Origin: Podarcis vaucheri
Taxonomy: Eukaryota
NCBI GenBank assembly: GCA_965113315.1
Contig: OZ220373.1
Reading direction: 5' to 3' (one strand)
DNA length: 64,000 nt
A program made the translations under genes and the position numbers. The notes below the pieces were generated by a model. The model was given only the letters and a program-made list of their open reading frames with translations, was not told the DNA's origin and did no database searches. This document shows, piece after piece, positions 51,433-62,362 of the stretch (the stretch's first letter is position 1; every line of letters starts with the position of its first letter).

Positions 51433-51503
51433 CTGCTTGTGGCTGCCTTCAAGTAGCTCAGCTCCTGTGTGAACACAAGTGTCCAATTAATGTCAAAGAT
51501 GTG
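51433..51503 (+). CDS. RAI14: RAI14 exon (~7): AACGCLQVAQLLCEHKCPINVKDV
   Basis: ttttag|CT ... GTG|gtatgt; 71 nt. Confidence 0.94.
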
Positions 51504-51957
51504 GTATGTAATCATTATCTCATGGATAACTTAGTGGGTTAAAAAAACAACAACCTTGAAAGCTATGCAGTGTACTTTAGTTTCTGAAACCTCGTTTTTA
51601 AATCTTCTAAGCAGGGGAGATTCCCTCTTGTCTGCAGCAAATGAGTTTCTTCTTCGTTCACTGTATTTCTTCCAGTTAGCACGCGTGACGTCTGAGTGGG
51701 AGGCCCGGTCAGCACATTTGCATGAGCCAGACCACTTTGCTCGGTTGCAACCCCCTCCACATGTCCCCACGTATATCATTTCCTAGTCAGACATGACAGT
51801 GCTAACCAGAAACGTGCAGTGAATAAGTAGAAAATTTATCTCCCATTTAAGGTATGAACGAGCCTTTTATATTGCTCTCTGATTCTGCACCAGCACTCAA
51901 AGTATGGCCAGTGTGCATGCCTAATGTTGAGCTTTTTATTACACTGTAGGAAAGGCT

Positions 51958-52270
51958 TAGAATCCTTGAATCGTAGAGTTAGAAGAGGGACCCCAAGGGC
52001 AATCTAGTTCAAGCCCTGCAATACAGGAATCTCAGCTAAAGTAACCATGACAGATGGCCAGCCAACCTCTGCTTAGGAACCTCCAAGGAAGGAGAGTCCA
52101 TAGCTTGCCGAAGAAGACCATTCCATTGTCAAACAACTCTTACTGCCAGAAAGTTCTTCCCGATGTTTTGTTGGATCTCCTTCCTTGTAGCTTGAAGCCA
52201 TTGGCTTGAGCCCTACCCTCCGGAGCAGGAGAAAACAAGCTTGCTCCGTCTTCCATGTGACAGTCTTCCT
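51958..52270 (-). mobile_element. Older CR1 3' fragment
   Basis: Parallels the CR1 end (aacctctgctta...ctccaaggaaggagagtcca...cttactgccagaaagttcttcc). Confidence 0.75.
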
Positions 52271-52492
52271 GTGAGGAAAGCGAGTAACCTTGAGCTTGAG
52301 TGGAAACAGCTCAGTAGGGAGGGAGCCATATGTAGCTGGCTTCTCCCATTTCCTCCACGCACATCCCATTATGCACAAAGATTTAACACTTACCAAAGTC
52401 TCATCTTAGCTTTTCTTTGGTATTTTGGTTCCTGGCCATCCCTTACTCAGTGACATTAGAGTTTTGGTTTGTTAAGTGCTTAGAATCATATA

Positions 52493-52966
52493 CAGTGGTA
52501 CCTCGGTTTAAGAACAGTTTGGTTTAAGAACAATTCGGTTTACAAACTCCACAAAACTGGTAATAGTGTCCCGGTTTGAGAACTTTACCTTGGTCTATTA
52601 TAATATTTATTGAATTTCATTTTAAAAACCAATCAATTACCATTTTCACTTGTCATCACATATATTTTGACTCTCTTGAGTCTTTGACACTCCCCCTTCT
52701 CCCAATTGACTTCCTTACATCCTTACATAATTTCTTTAGCATTTCAAATTCCTCCTATTTGCCTACTTTTATTTTTAAATATTCTTTTATAATTGTAAAC
52801 AGGTTTCTACCTCTACTTAGACTGAGAACTTTACCTCGGTCTAAGAACGGAATCTGAATGGTGGAAGGGCACCGGCGGCAGGGAAAGGGTGCCTTGGTTT
52901 AAGAACGGTTTTGGTTTAAGAACGGACTTCCAGAACAGATTAAGTTCGTAAACCGAGGTACCACTG
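52493..52966. mobile_element. Tigger/pogo-type MITE with a nested retro-insertion at 52598-52822
   Basis: cagtggtacctcggttta / taaaccgaggtaccactg; internal 21-bp direct repeat flanks the insert. Confidence 0.85.
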
Positions 52967-53252
52967 TGCTCTGATCCTGAGAGCAGCAAAGGGTTTATAG
53001 GTGCTGTGTTGAGCCCATGAGTAAAGGGAGCTCAGAACTCAACAAAGGTCATGCAGTGGGGTTTTACATGCATTGCTGCATGGCTAGCTATTGTCTATTG
53101 TCCCTTAGACAGCAAGATTTTGAGAACCTGTTAAAGGAGGTTGCACACCTGTTTTCACATAAGGGTTACATTCTCTGAAGTTAATATTTTTTAAATCTAC
53201 TGAATAAATGATAGTGTTTAATCTCTTTTTTATTTTTATTTTTTAAAAATAG

Positions 53253-53359
53253 GATGGGAATATACCTTTGTTACTGGCTGTACAAAATGGCCACACTGAA
53301 GTAACCAAATACCTTCTGGAGCATGGCGCAGACATCAATTCCAGAGACAAAAATGGAAG
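53253..53359 (+). CDS. RAI14: RAI14 exon (~8): [35 protein letters not shown]
   Basis: aaatag|GAT ... GAAG|gtacaa; 107 nt; canonical ankyrin repeat. Confidence 0.96.
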
Positions 53360-54732
53360 GTACAAATAAACTTACTCTTAGTACTCACAAACTTTTTCAA
53401 GGTTCATCGGGTCTAAGGATCTCCTTCTAATCTGAGAACAGATTTTAGATTCTTCACCGCTAAATATATTACGTTGTGGTTTAGGTCCAATTAAGCTGTC
53501 ACTGAACTTCTTGCTTATATTTATTAGCTTGATAACAAAAAGACATGCAAGAGATGACATGTTTTTCTGGTTCTTCTAAAGTCACCGATTTCTCCGTGAC
53601 TTTCAGAGAAGCTGTTTTGCAGCGTTTGACATCTCGAGGCACAGCCTAATAAAGTTGTCAAAGCTGTATCCTTTTTGATGTTTTCCCCTGCTTGCAAGAA
53701 CTCATTATGCCTCTTCCCCATCCAGAGGCAGGTTACAGTGAGATACAAAATTCTTGACTGGGTTGACACAGGCTGCTGCTGCTGCTGCAAAAAAGCTCTT
53801 CCGGCAAAATTATGGTCAAGCAGAATTCTGTGTGGCTATATGGTCAACGGCAGATACATCTGTCCTACATATTCATTTTGAGTAAAGCTATCAGTAGCGG
53901 CTGGCTATGTCATATCTCTACTGTCGGAGAAAGTATGCTTCTGAATACCAGTTGCTGGGAGCCAAAACTGCGCAAAGTGCCATTGCACTCAGGTCCTGCT
54001 TGCAGGCTTCCCTTAGGCATCCGTTTTCTGGACTTGACCTCATCCAGCCCTTTGCAGCATGCCTAAATGGCTCACCCTCTTAGGGAAAGCTTTATTGGTT
54101 CACTCTCAGGAGCCTCCCCTGTCTTGATCTCTTACTGTAGATCAAGTTATAGATACACTGTAAATTCAAGTCAGGACAAATTTTGTTGATGACACGATGA
54201 CCATTACTTTCTGCAGGAGTAGCAAAGTGTCATCTTATCAGAGGAATGCCTGTCAGCTTTTTCCACTTCCTGGACTCAGCTGACTGCCCAGTCTTCTTCT
54301 GCTGCTTGAACCTGTAGGCACTCGTCTCCTGTAGGATAACAAATGAGCCACAAACTCACAACCTTCAGGGGGTGTTATTTTTATTTTTTTAATTTTTATT
54401 TTTGAGGGGAAAATAAATCCCCCCCCAAATTATTAGTTTTCTCTTATAACACATAGACAAAAACACAAAAGAAAAACATTACATTCGACACAACATAAAA
54501 ACTTAACAACAATAAAAACACACAAAATAAAAGAATTCCCCCCCCCCTTCTTATTCCCTGGTATATTTACATTGCTAAAAGACTTCCTCGACACCCTCCA
54601 ATCTGGATTTCATCCTGTTACATATTTAGCAGTTCCCAATTTCATATTTATAATCTTCAGGGGATGTTATTGCTTTGCTAATCTCATGCCTGTGGCTCCT
54701 CCTTATATTGTCTGTTTGCCAACTTGCTCTAG

Positions 54733-54911
54733 GACGGCTCTGATGCTGGTGTGCGAAGCAGGAAACCTCAGCATTGCAGAAGTCCTCGTCCGAAAAGGTG
54801 CAGACATAAACCTGGTGGATGCGCTTGGACACAATGCCCTGCATTATGCTGCAGTCTCTGAAAATACAGGGATTCAGAATCTCCTTCAGTTGAAAATTGT
54901 TCAAGATGCTG
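54733..54911 (+). CDS. RAI14: RAI14 exon (~9): RTALMLVCEAGNLSIAEVLVRKGADINLVDALGHNALHYAAVSENTGIQNLLQLKIVQDA
   Basis: ctctag|G ... GCTG|gtatgt; 179 nt; last ankyrin repeats. Confidence 0.96.
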
Positions 54912-55165
54912 GTATGTCTACATTTCTTAAATTACGTGGTAGGATTCCCTATGATAAGGATGGGGGAACCTGTGCCCCGGCCCCGATGATATTGGACTAT
55001 GTGATCCCTGATTATAGGCCATGCTGGCTGGGGATGATGGGAGTTGGAGCCCATCAACATCTTTGGGGGCAGGCACATATTCCCCAACCCTGCTGTAGGG
55101 GCTACCTGGGGAGGCATGAGGTTCTTACTCAATCTTTCTGGAAGGCCAGAAGACAGGATGCTGAC

Positions 55166-55311
55166 TCATAGAATCATAGAATTGTAGAGTTGGAAGGGAC
55201 CACAAGAGTCATTAATCCAACCCCCTGCAATGCAGGAATCTTTTGCCCACCATGGGCTCAAACCCACGACTCTGAGATTAAGAGTCTCATGCTTTACCAG
55301 CTGAGCTACTC
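55166..55311 (-). mobile_element. tRNA-Lys/CR1-tail SINE
   Basis: Reverse strand gtagctcagctggtaaagcatgagactcttaatctcagagtcgtgggtttgagccca plus (TTCTATGA)2 tail. Confidence 0.82.
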
Positions 55312-55536
55312 TGTCCATTCTCTTAGTCTCTGTTTTACCACCCTTGGTAGAGCTGCTCCGAGCACTGAGCTTGGCACACAGCCTGGTCTTTGGACTGTCC
55401 GAGGAATGTGCTATCTTGGGTCTGTCCAAAGTGGGTTGCTTGTTTGAAAGTGCCCTCGTGTCTCTCTGTGCACGAAAAAGATTATTACATTGTGGAAAGA
55501 AGGCTAGGCTTCAAAGATATATTGGCTTCGGCTGAT

Positions 55537-55813
55537 TAAAGGTAAAGGGACCACTGACCGTTAGGTCCAGTCGTGGCCGACTCTGGGGTTGCGGCGCTCT
55601 TCTCGCTCTACTGGCTGAGGGAGCCGGCGTACAGCTTCCGGGTCATGTGGCCAGCATGACTAAGCCGCTTCTGGCGAACCAGAGCAGCGCACGGAAACGC
55701 CGTTTACCTTCCCGCCGGAGCGGCACCTATTTATCTACTTGCACTTTGACGTGCTTTCGAACTGCTAGGTTGGCAGGAGCAGGGACCGAGCAACGGGAGC
55801 TCACTCCGTCGTG
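55537..55813 (-). mobile_element. Sauria SINE, 5'-truncated
   Basis: Family match; flanked by a 43-bp imperfect direct repeat. Confidence 0.92.
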
Positions 55814-56047
55814 GGAAAGAAGGCTATGCTTCAAAGATGCATTGGCTTCAGCTGATAAGTCCTTAGTAAATGCCCGGTTCCCAGCCTATGATCTCAAGTA
55901 TTCTTATTTGCATCTGAATCCATATGAAGAAAGGGGCCTGCTTCCTAAATAGCTGTGAGTTTAGGATCCAAATGGAAATTTCTTAAGCAGAAAGAAGATA
56001 TATCAGGTTTTCGATTAAAAGGCAATGTTTTGTTTTTTCATCTACAG

Positions 56048-56076
56048 ATTTCAAGTCACCAACAAAGCCAAAGCAG
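56048..56076 (+). CDS. RAI14: RAI14 micro-exon (~10): DFKSPTKPKQ
   Basis: ctacag|AT ... CAG|gtaaaa; 29 nt; needed to restore phase between neighbouring exons; resembles mammalian DLKTPTKPKQ. Confidence 0.92.
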
Positions 56077-56771
56077 GTAAAAAGAAAAAAAGAATCAGAA
56101 ATGCTTTTTACCATAATAACAATTAGCCTCAAGCTCTGAAAAAGAGAAACAAAGTAATAAGAAAGTAATAATGGAAGTGATTTGTTTTGTTAAGTGGTTC
56201 CAGAAGCATATGCAGTTTTAGTAAACTCATAGATAGTTCCTTTTCATTGATATCTGTATGGTATTGGTGAGATAGCTGTCTCCTCTTATCTCTAACCCAA
56301 ATGTTCTCATATCCTTTGTAAGGACAGGGCAAAACTTGCTATGTTATGACATGTCTGTGATAGGAATCTCCAGCATTTCCTTAAAATAAGTTAATAGTTA
56401 TGGAGCAGTTGCAAATCAGATGAGACTTGAAGTACTGGAAGGAGAAGGTTGAATGCTTTTCTGTGCACCATTTTCCTGAATATTCCCCCTCCAATCCAAA
56501 GTTGCTTTGCCCATAAGGGTAAATATGCAGACATGTGTAAGGTACTTGTATGTTTTCCACCATGGAACAATTTTGATTGGGGTGAGGGGATGGCACAGTG
56601 AAGCATTACAGCCTTCTCCCCCAGCACCATGGGCTGTTTTCTCACCAACCACTCTGTGGCTGCTATTGACACACAGTCTTGCGTCAGAGCAGCAAGTCCA
56701 ATGGTAGACTAGGGTCTAATGGTAGACATGGAAAACTGACTCGCTTTCAGAAGAAACAGGCTCACACTGGT

Positions 56772-57316
56772 TTCATTTGGACATAATGTTAAACTGTGGT
56801 TTGGCATTACATGAACAATCCTTGAGCTTATGAGCAACTCCTCTCCCTTCTTCTGACACAGCCATGGGGAGCACTTCAAAAGCCTTTGATTCCTTTTTTA
56901 AAAAAATTAATTTCAATTACTGAAATAGGACAATCTGTTGTTAACTTTAATTATGGCGTAGGGGAACAAGTCAACTTCAGCCCATTGTTTGCACAGTGCT
57001 AGCTGATCTCCCCAAAACAGGGATAAGGAACCCATAGCTCTCCAGATGGCTTACAACTCCCACCATCCCTGATCTATGGCTATGCTGGCTGTGGCTGATG
57101 GGACTTGGAGTCCAGCAACTCTATCCTTACCGTAACTCTTCTGTAAGCCATAGTTAAGATTAACCATAGCTTCTGGTTTGGCTCTAATGAGTCACTGTGG
57201 CTAATTGAAATTGGAAGCAAAAGTTTCTGATTTCATGACTGTGCCAGAGGGAATCCCACGAACCCCAAGCCAGCACATGTAATGCCAAACCATAGTTTAC
57301 TGTTTTATCCAAACAA
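56772..57316. mobile_element. Large degenerate palindromic element (MITE-like) with a second MITE at its centre
   Basis: tttggacataatgttaaactgtggtttggcattacatg versus catgtaatgccaaaccatagtttactgttttatccaaa; further internal inverted matches. Confidence 0.6.
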
Positions 57317-58146
57317 ACTCAGTATGGCCTCCTGATGCCTTGAAATAGCTGACTGAGTCTTACTGGTTTTAAGGAATTGCTTGGCAAGAGTAAGCTTGAA
57401 GAAAATGGCAGAGTTGCTTCAGTGGTCATGTACAGCTTCCATAATAAGGGAGGGGAAAGGGGATGTTCATCTGAGCAGCCAGTTGGACCCAAGTGTGAAT
57501 TCCCCATTTATGGATTTCAGCAGTTACAGATGATCTGGTTGATGATCTGGGTGGCATGCAGGCAAATCAAGAAGTAGAGAAGAAAAGTGGCTGGTGCAGA
57601 TGATTTTGACATTCACAGGGTGTTTACTTGTTGCAAAAAAATTAGTTTGGGGGCAGGTCTAAAAGGCCTCTAAACCAGGGACAGCGACTCCCATCATCCC
57701 TGACCTTTGGGCCATGCTTGCTGGGGCTGATGGGAGTTTTAGTCCCACATTTGGAGGGCGACAGATTCCTCGCCACTTCTCTGAGCAATTTATGAACACG
57801 AGTGATCCTGGAATAGAAGTAAACAAAAAGGAAAACTCTCTCTCTCGGGGGGGGGGGGAGAAAGGCATTTAGGAGAAATGTTAGCAAATTGCTTGAGGCT
57901 GCGAAGAGCAGTGCATTTTGAGATCACTACTCCATGGGAAAGGGTTCGCTTTATTCACTCCATCTAATGTAATGAAGCATGTTGCAAATGGGGCATGGTG
58001 GGCTCAGGGTTGCGCATGTGCAATATCCCTGCATATAGAGGAAGTACTTTTGAATGAGTTGAGGCATGAATGTGCTTTTTAAAAAATAAAAATCTCTTGT
58101 ACCTTAAAAGGGAAAAAAAAGAAGAACTTTTTTTTAACGCAGACCT

Positions 58147-58162
58147 TACTAACCAAACTAAC
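58147..58162 (+). promoter_or_regulatory. Tandem branch-point / QKI-SF1 element TACTAAC-CAA-ACTAAC upstream of the NLS exon
   Basis: Two ACTAAC motifs with candidate branch As at -44 and -35 from the exon start at 58196. Confidence 0.75.
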
Positions 58163-58195
58163 AGACCTCCCTTTTCTGGCCTGTGACACTTCCAG

Positions 58196-58285
58196 CATGA
58201 CCAAGTCTGTAGATTAAGTTCTGAAAGAAGTGGAACTCCAAAAAAACGCAAAGCCCCACCACCACCTCCTGTCAGTCCTATCCAG
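58196..58285 (+). CDS. RAI14: RAI14 exon (~11): [30 protein letters not shown] (NLS-bearing, symmetric)
   Basis: ttccag|CAT ... CAG|gtaaaa; 90 nt; phase 0-0. Confidence 0.95.
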
Positions 58286-58838
58286 GTAAAAGAGCTTAAG
58301 TCCAACTTGAACACATTTGCAATGTCTAGACGGGGCTGGGCGGGTGAGGAATGTCCTGTCGGGAATAGAGCTGGTTAAATTTGCTTTGTGCAAATCCTTT
58401 TTTAAAAATGCGCGTCTCATGTATCATGGGCGAATTCTCATAAGGATAGAAATAGGACGGTCTGTTGTTTGAAAGCCCATCTTGGTCACGCTTTGCAGGA
58501 GGGCCATGGGGAATATGACCAGATCCTAAGTTTAGAGCAGTAGGGCTTATAAAGGTGCTACACGCATTAAACTCTGTGACAGTCTTGCTTTTTAAGAATC
58601 GGCTTTAAGATTCCCCCTGGACGGATGCAAATCAGCTTTGCACATGAGGAGCTCGTAGCGTCTTAACAAGAAGTTTAATATTAAACTGAGCCGTTGCTTG
58701 GGCGATTGTCTGACTGCATGGCTGCCGCTGGCTAAAGACAACTTCCGTGTTGTCTTGCTTGTATTGAACTAACAGAGAGCAATGACTTCTGCTAGCAAGA
58801 GGCAGTTTGTGTCTCTGAAATGCATTCATCTTTTGCAG

Positions 58839-58925
58839 CTTAGCGACCTGTCCTCTCCACATTCAACAACTTCAACCCCAGTGTCTGGGAAAGGCCAGCC
58901 TTCCTTTGCTGAGCACGGATCCAAG
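58839..58925 (+). CDS. RAI14: RAI14 exon (~12): LSDLSSPHSTTSTPVSGKGQPSFAEHGSK
   Basis: ttgcag|CTT ... AAG|gtatac; 87 nt; phase 0-0. Confidence 0.92.
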
Positions 58926-59169
58926 GTATACTCCATTTTTCAACTCTTGCTTCTGGCTAAATGTAAACCCTGTGTGTTTGTAGTGAGTTGCTTAAGGTGA
59001 CAAAAAGATTTCATCACCCCAAGGAAGGAGAGCAAAGCTTCACAACTGTGACTTAAAGCTCAATTGTGACTTAAAGGGAAGTGTAGATGGAAATCAGTAA
59101 AACCCAGGGGGCTGCGATGTGAAATGTATTGTTGGGAGTTACGTCTTGCTTTTTTGATGTCTTTGACAT

Positions 59170-59519
59170 CTTTCCGCAGGGCCTGTAAGACGGAGTTGTT
59201 CCGCCAGGCCTTTGGTCAGGGCTCAGCCTGACTCCCCTTCTCTTTTTGTATAAGAACTAGAATGAAAGAGGCCTCCCAGCAGTCTCACAGGCCCATATAA
59301 GAACAGTGTAAACAGTTGGGCCTGATGAACATTTCCTGTTCCCAACCCTAATCCTGCGGAAAGCCATCTAATTAGATTTTAATTTGATCCTGACTTGTTT
59401 TAAGGAGGTAATTTAATTATTATTTGATTTTATACCAATGTTATATATTTGATGTTAGCCACCCTGAGCCCAGTCTCGGCTGGGGAGGGTGGGATACAAA
59501 TAAAAGTGGTTTTTTAAAA

Positions 59520-59563
<44 letters not shown>
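59170..59563 (+). mobile_element. L2-clade LINE 3' end with (TTA)n tail
   Basis: ttccgcagggcctgtaagacggagttgttccgccaggccttt (FRRACKTELFRQAF); gttagccaccctgagccc...gggatacaaataaa terminus. Confidence 0.7.
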
Positions 59564-59566
<3 letters not shown>

Positions 59567-59849
59567 GCAGCTTTGGGGAGGCAGTCAATATTAGGGCTAC
59601 GGCACATCAGCAAGGGGAGACTTCTCTCTTTCCCCCCATGCTGTGGTCCTGACAAAAATAAAATAATCCTCTCCCCTAAAAGTACTGTTGTTTAATAAAA
59701 GACAATTGTGTTGGTTCCCAACACCTGTGTTGTTAGGCCGCCAGTGGTTTTCTTGAAACCAAAGAACATACCAGTAGTTTAAGCAATAGACGTGCCTTTT
59801 GTCAGCTAGGGATGAAGAGTACCTTTTATGTCCATTTCTGGATTGCGAT

Positions 59850-60075
59850 TAACCTGGCCACTGTAGTCCAAACATTTGTAACCTCCAGACTGCACTACTG
59901 CAATGTGTTCTGTGTGGGGCTGCCCTTGGGCCTGGTCTGGAAACTCCAGCTGGTGCAGAATGTCAACACTAGACTGTTGATGGAGGCAGACAGCCAATAG
60001 CATGTGATACCTCTGCTGAAACATCTGCACCGGCTGCCCATGTCCTACCAGGCTAGTTTCAAAGCCCTGAGCATC
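59850..60075 (+). mobile_element. L2-clade ORF2 fragment
   Basis: LATVVQTFVTSRLHYCNVFCVGLP..LQLVQN...PLLKHLHRLP, a degenerate SRLDYCN motif. Confidence 0.75.
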
Positions 60076-60401
60076 TTGTGTTCAGGATACCTATTGAAAC
60101 TAATACACATGACTAACTTAGGGCCAATGGTGGGTTTACAGTTGAATTCAGTTGAATACATCCCATTAAGTTCACATTTGATAGGCAATTGTATTTGCTT
60201 GCTTTTAATCAAACACCTGCCTTTTAACTATCTCAAAAGCTGGGAAAGCTGCAGCTGAGTGACAGTTCCTGACTAAAATGCATTGGCCGTTACTTCACAG
60301 GGGGACGGGATTTTGATGTGCAAGTATTTGTGATTTTTGATGAGGAGTGCCAAGTTGTTAGCCCTCTCTTTAAACAAATGTTTATGTATTTTGCATTTCA
60401 G

Positions 60402-60462
60402 CAGGAAGATATCAGTGCCATTCACTCTGATGGCAAGGATGGGATGAGCGATAGTACTGCAG
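60402..60462 (+). CDS. RAI14: RAI14 exon (~13): (Q)EDISAIHSDGKDGMSDSTA; start 60402 or 60405
   Basis: tttcag|CAG|GAA tandem acceptor; GCAG|gtatgg donor; phase 0 to 1 fits neighbours. Confidence 0.88.
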
Positions 60463-61734
60463 GTATGGTGTAAGACAGATGTTTTGGCTGGACTGTCACT
60501 TTCTCCTTCCTTACTCACCCACACCAAACAACCTACCAACCAAAAAAAGGTGCCTTATTTCATAGAAAGTTGCCATTTGGCATCATGGTCTGTTATGCTA
60601 GGATTGTAAAATTCACTTCCCCATTGTTTTTCAAGCATGATTGGTAACATCTTGACCCACCTTGCTTTGAAATTTCCATGGAAGGAGGCTCCGCCATCTT
60701 TCTAAAAATCTACGCATAGTGTAGTATGTACAAAAGTAGCATTTTGTTTTGGACCTGGGGGGTCCCGCTTGGAACTCCTGCTTAACTATTAGGGGCATTG
60801 GACCCAGCCATTCATGCACACGCTCATATTCTAACCAAGCATACAGGGTTGGTGTCAGGATCAAACACCCTGAGTTCCTTGGAAGAAGGAGGGGGTAGAA
60901 ACACCATTTATTTAAAATATTTATGCTTGCCTTTACCAAAGGTTCCAGGCAGCTAACAATGTTAAAAACCTCCATTTAAGATCATCCCCAGCATAAACAA
61001 AACAGCAGCCAAGCAGCGCCATCCAGTGCCAACCACCGACCCCTACCCAGCAATTTCATGCCCCAAGGTTTTCCCAAGCAGGTGGATAAATAACATCTAC
61101 TTGAAAATTTATAAGTTGCTTGACACAGGTAACCATCTCAGTGTCAAAGATGTTTGTGTTTGTTTGTTTGTTTGTTTGTTTGATCAATCAGTCAGTCAAT
61201 CAATCAATCAATCAGTGTGTCCTTTGGCACAACAGTCTAAGTTTCCATAGACAAGCGCCTCCACAATCAGGTGCACATCTCTGGAGGTATTATTGGCTGT
61301 TCTGGTCTGAAACTGATTTCCCAGGCTAACTTCCATTGTCCATGGGATTTTCACCATAGAAATCTCAAGACCTAGAGTGACACAGCTGTGAGCCTGTAGC
61401 TCATTCTCTGCAAGAGATCCTTTTCAGTAGCAACCGTTGGGCAGGGAGGGAGAAGGGGGAGCCCCACCCACAGCCAGCGTGTAACCCATAACAGAATACC
61501 ACAAGAGAATGGGAAATGGTTCTCCATCCCTAGTCCAATAGCTAACTTGAAAATTTGCAGGCTAGTTCACAAAAAAGAGACTAGCAAGTAGAGACATTCC
61601 TTTGCTTTCTTTTTTGCCCCCCCCCCCACTTCTCTTCCACTTCCAGAGTTGCTTAACCATGTGTTGACTGAAAGCCTAGAATGATAAATTGTATTGTATT
61701 CCCTCTTTCCCCCCTTCCGTTTCGCTTTTTAAAG

Positions 61735-61853
61735 GTGCTGATAGTTTATTGGATGTAAGTTCAGAAACAGACCAGCAAGACTTGCTTTTACTGTTACAAG
61801 CAAAAATTGCATCTTTGACCTTGCATAATAAGAAACTGCAAGAAAAATTACAG
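61735..61853 (+). CDS. RAI14: RAI14 exon (~14): [40 protein letters not shown]
   Basis: ttaaag|GT ... CAG|gtatgt; 119 nt. Confidence 0.95.
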
Positions 61854-62362
61854 GTATGTATTAGCAGCATCCATTGCACTGAACAATAACACATTGGGGG
61901 CATGTTTGCAGAAGGCTCCAGCTCATGCAGACCTCCTCCATGTAGACATGCCCCAATTATTTTTATTTATTAAATTTGTATGCCGCCCTTCATCCGCAGA
62001 TCTCAGGGCAGCTCACGGCATAAAATGCATGCTTGACAGCCCTGCTTTCTCTCTGTATAGTGTTCATGTTAATTGCATGTAGAAAAGAATACCCAAAGAG
62101 GGCTTTGCTTGAAAGATGAGGGAGGAGGGTTTGGAATTCATTATATGACATTAGAATCAAATCTGCGATATTTGAAAGATGCAAGTGTTCTCCTGGAAAT
62201 CGATGCATGCATTCAATCTTATTTTGTTCTGTTAATGTGTTCCTGTTGCAGCCCTCTCTATTTCTCGAATCTCTGCAAAAAGGATAAGTTATTATGAGAA
62301 AAGACAATAAGAGTTTACAAAAAAGGTAGTTGTTTAAATACTGCCATCTGCTGTCTCTACAG

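Noticed and set aside
54572-55171. 199-aa ORF as a stand-alone ankyrin gene
   Set aside because: Only 54733-54911 is RAI14-like and bounded by splice sites; the flanks are intron and repeat sequence.
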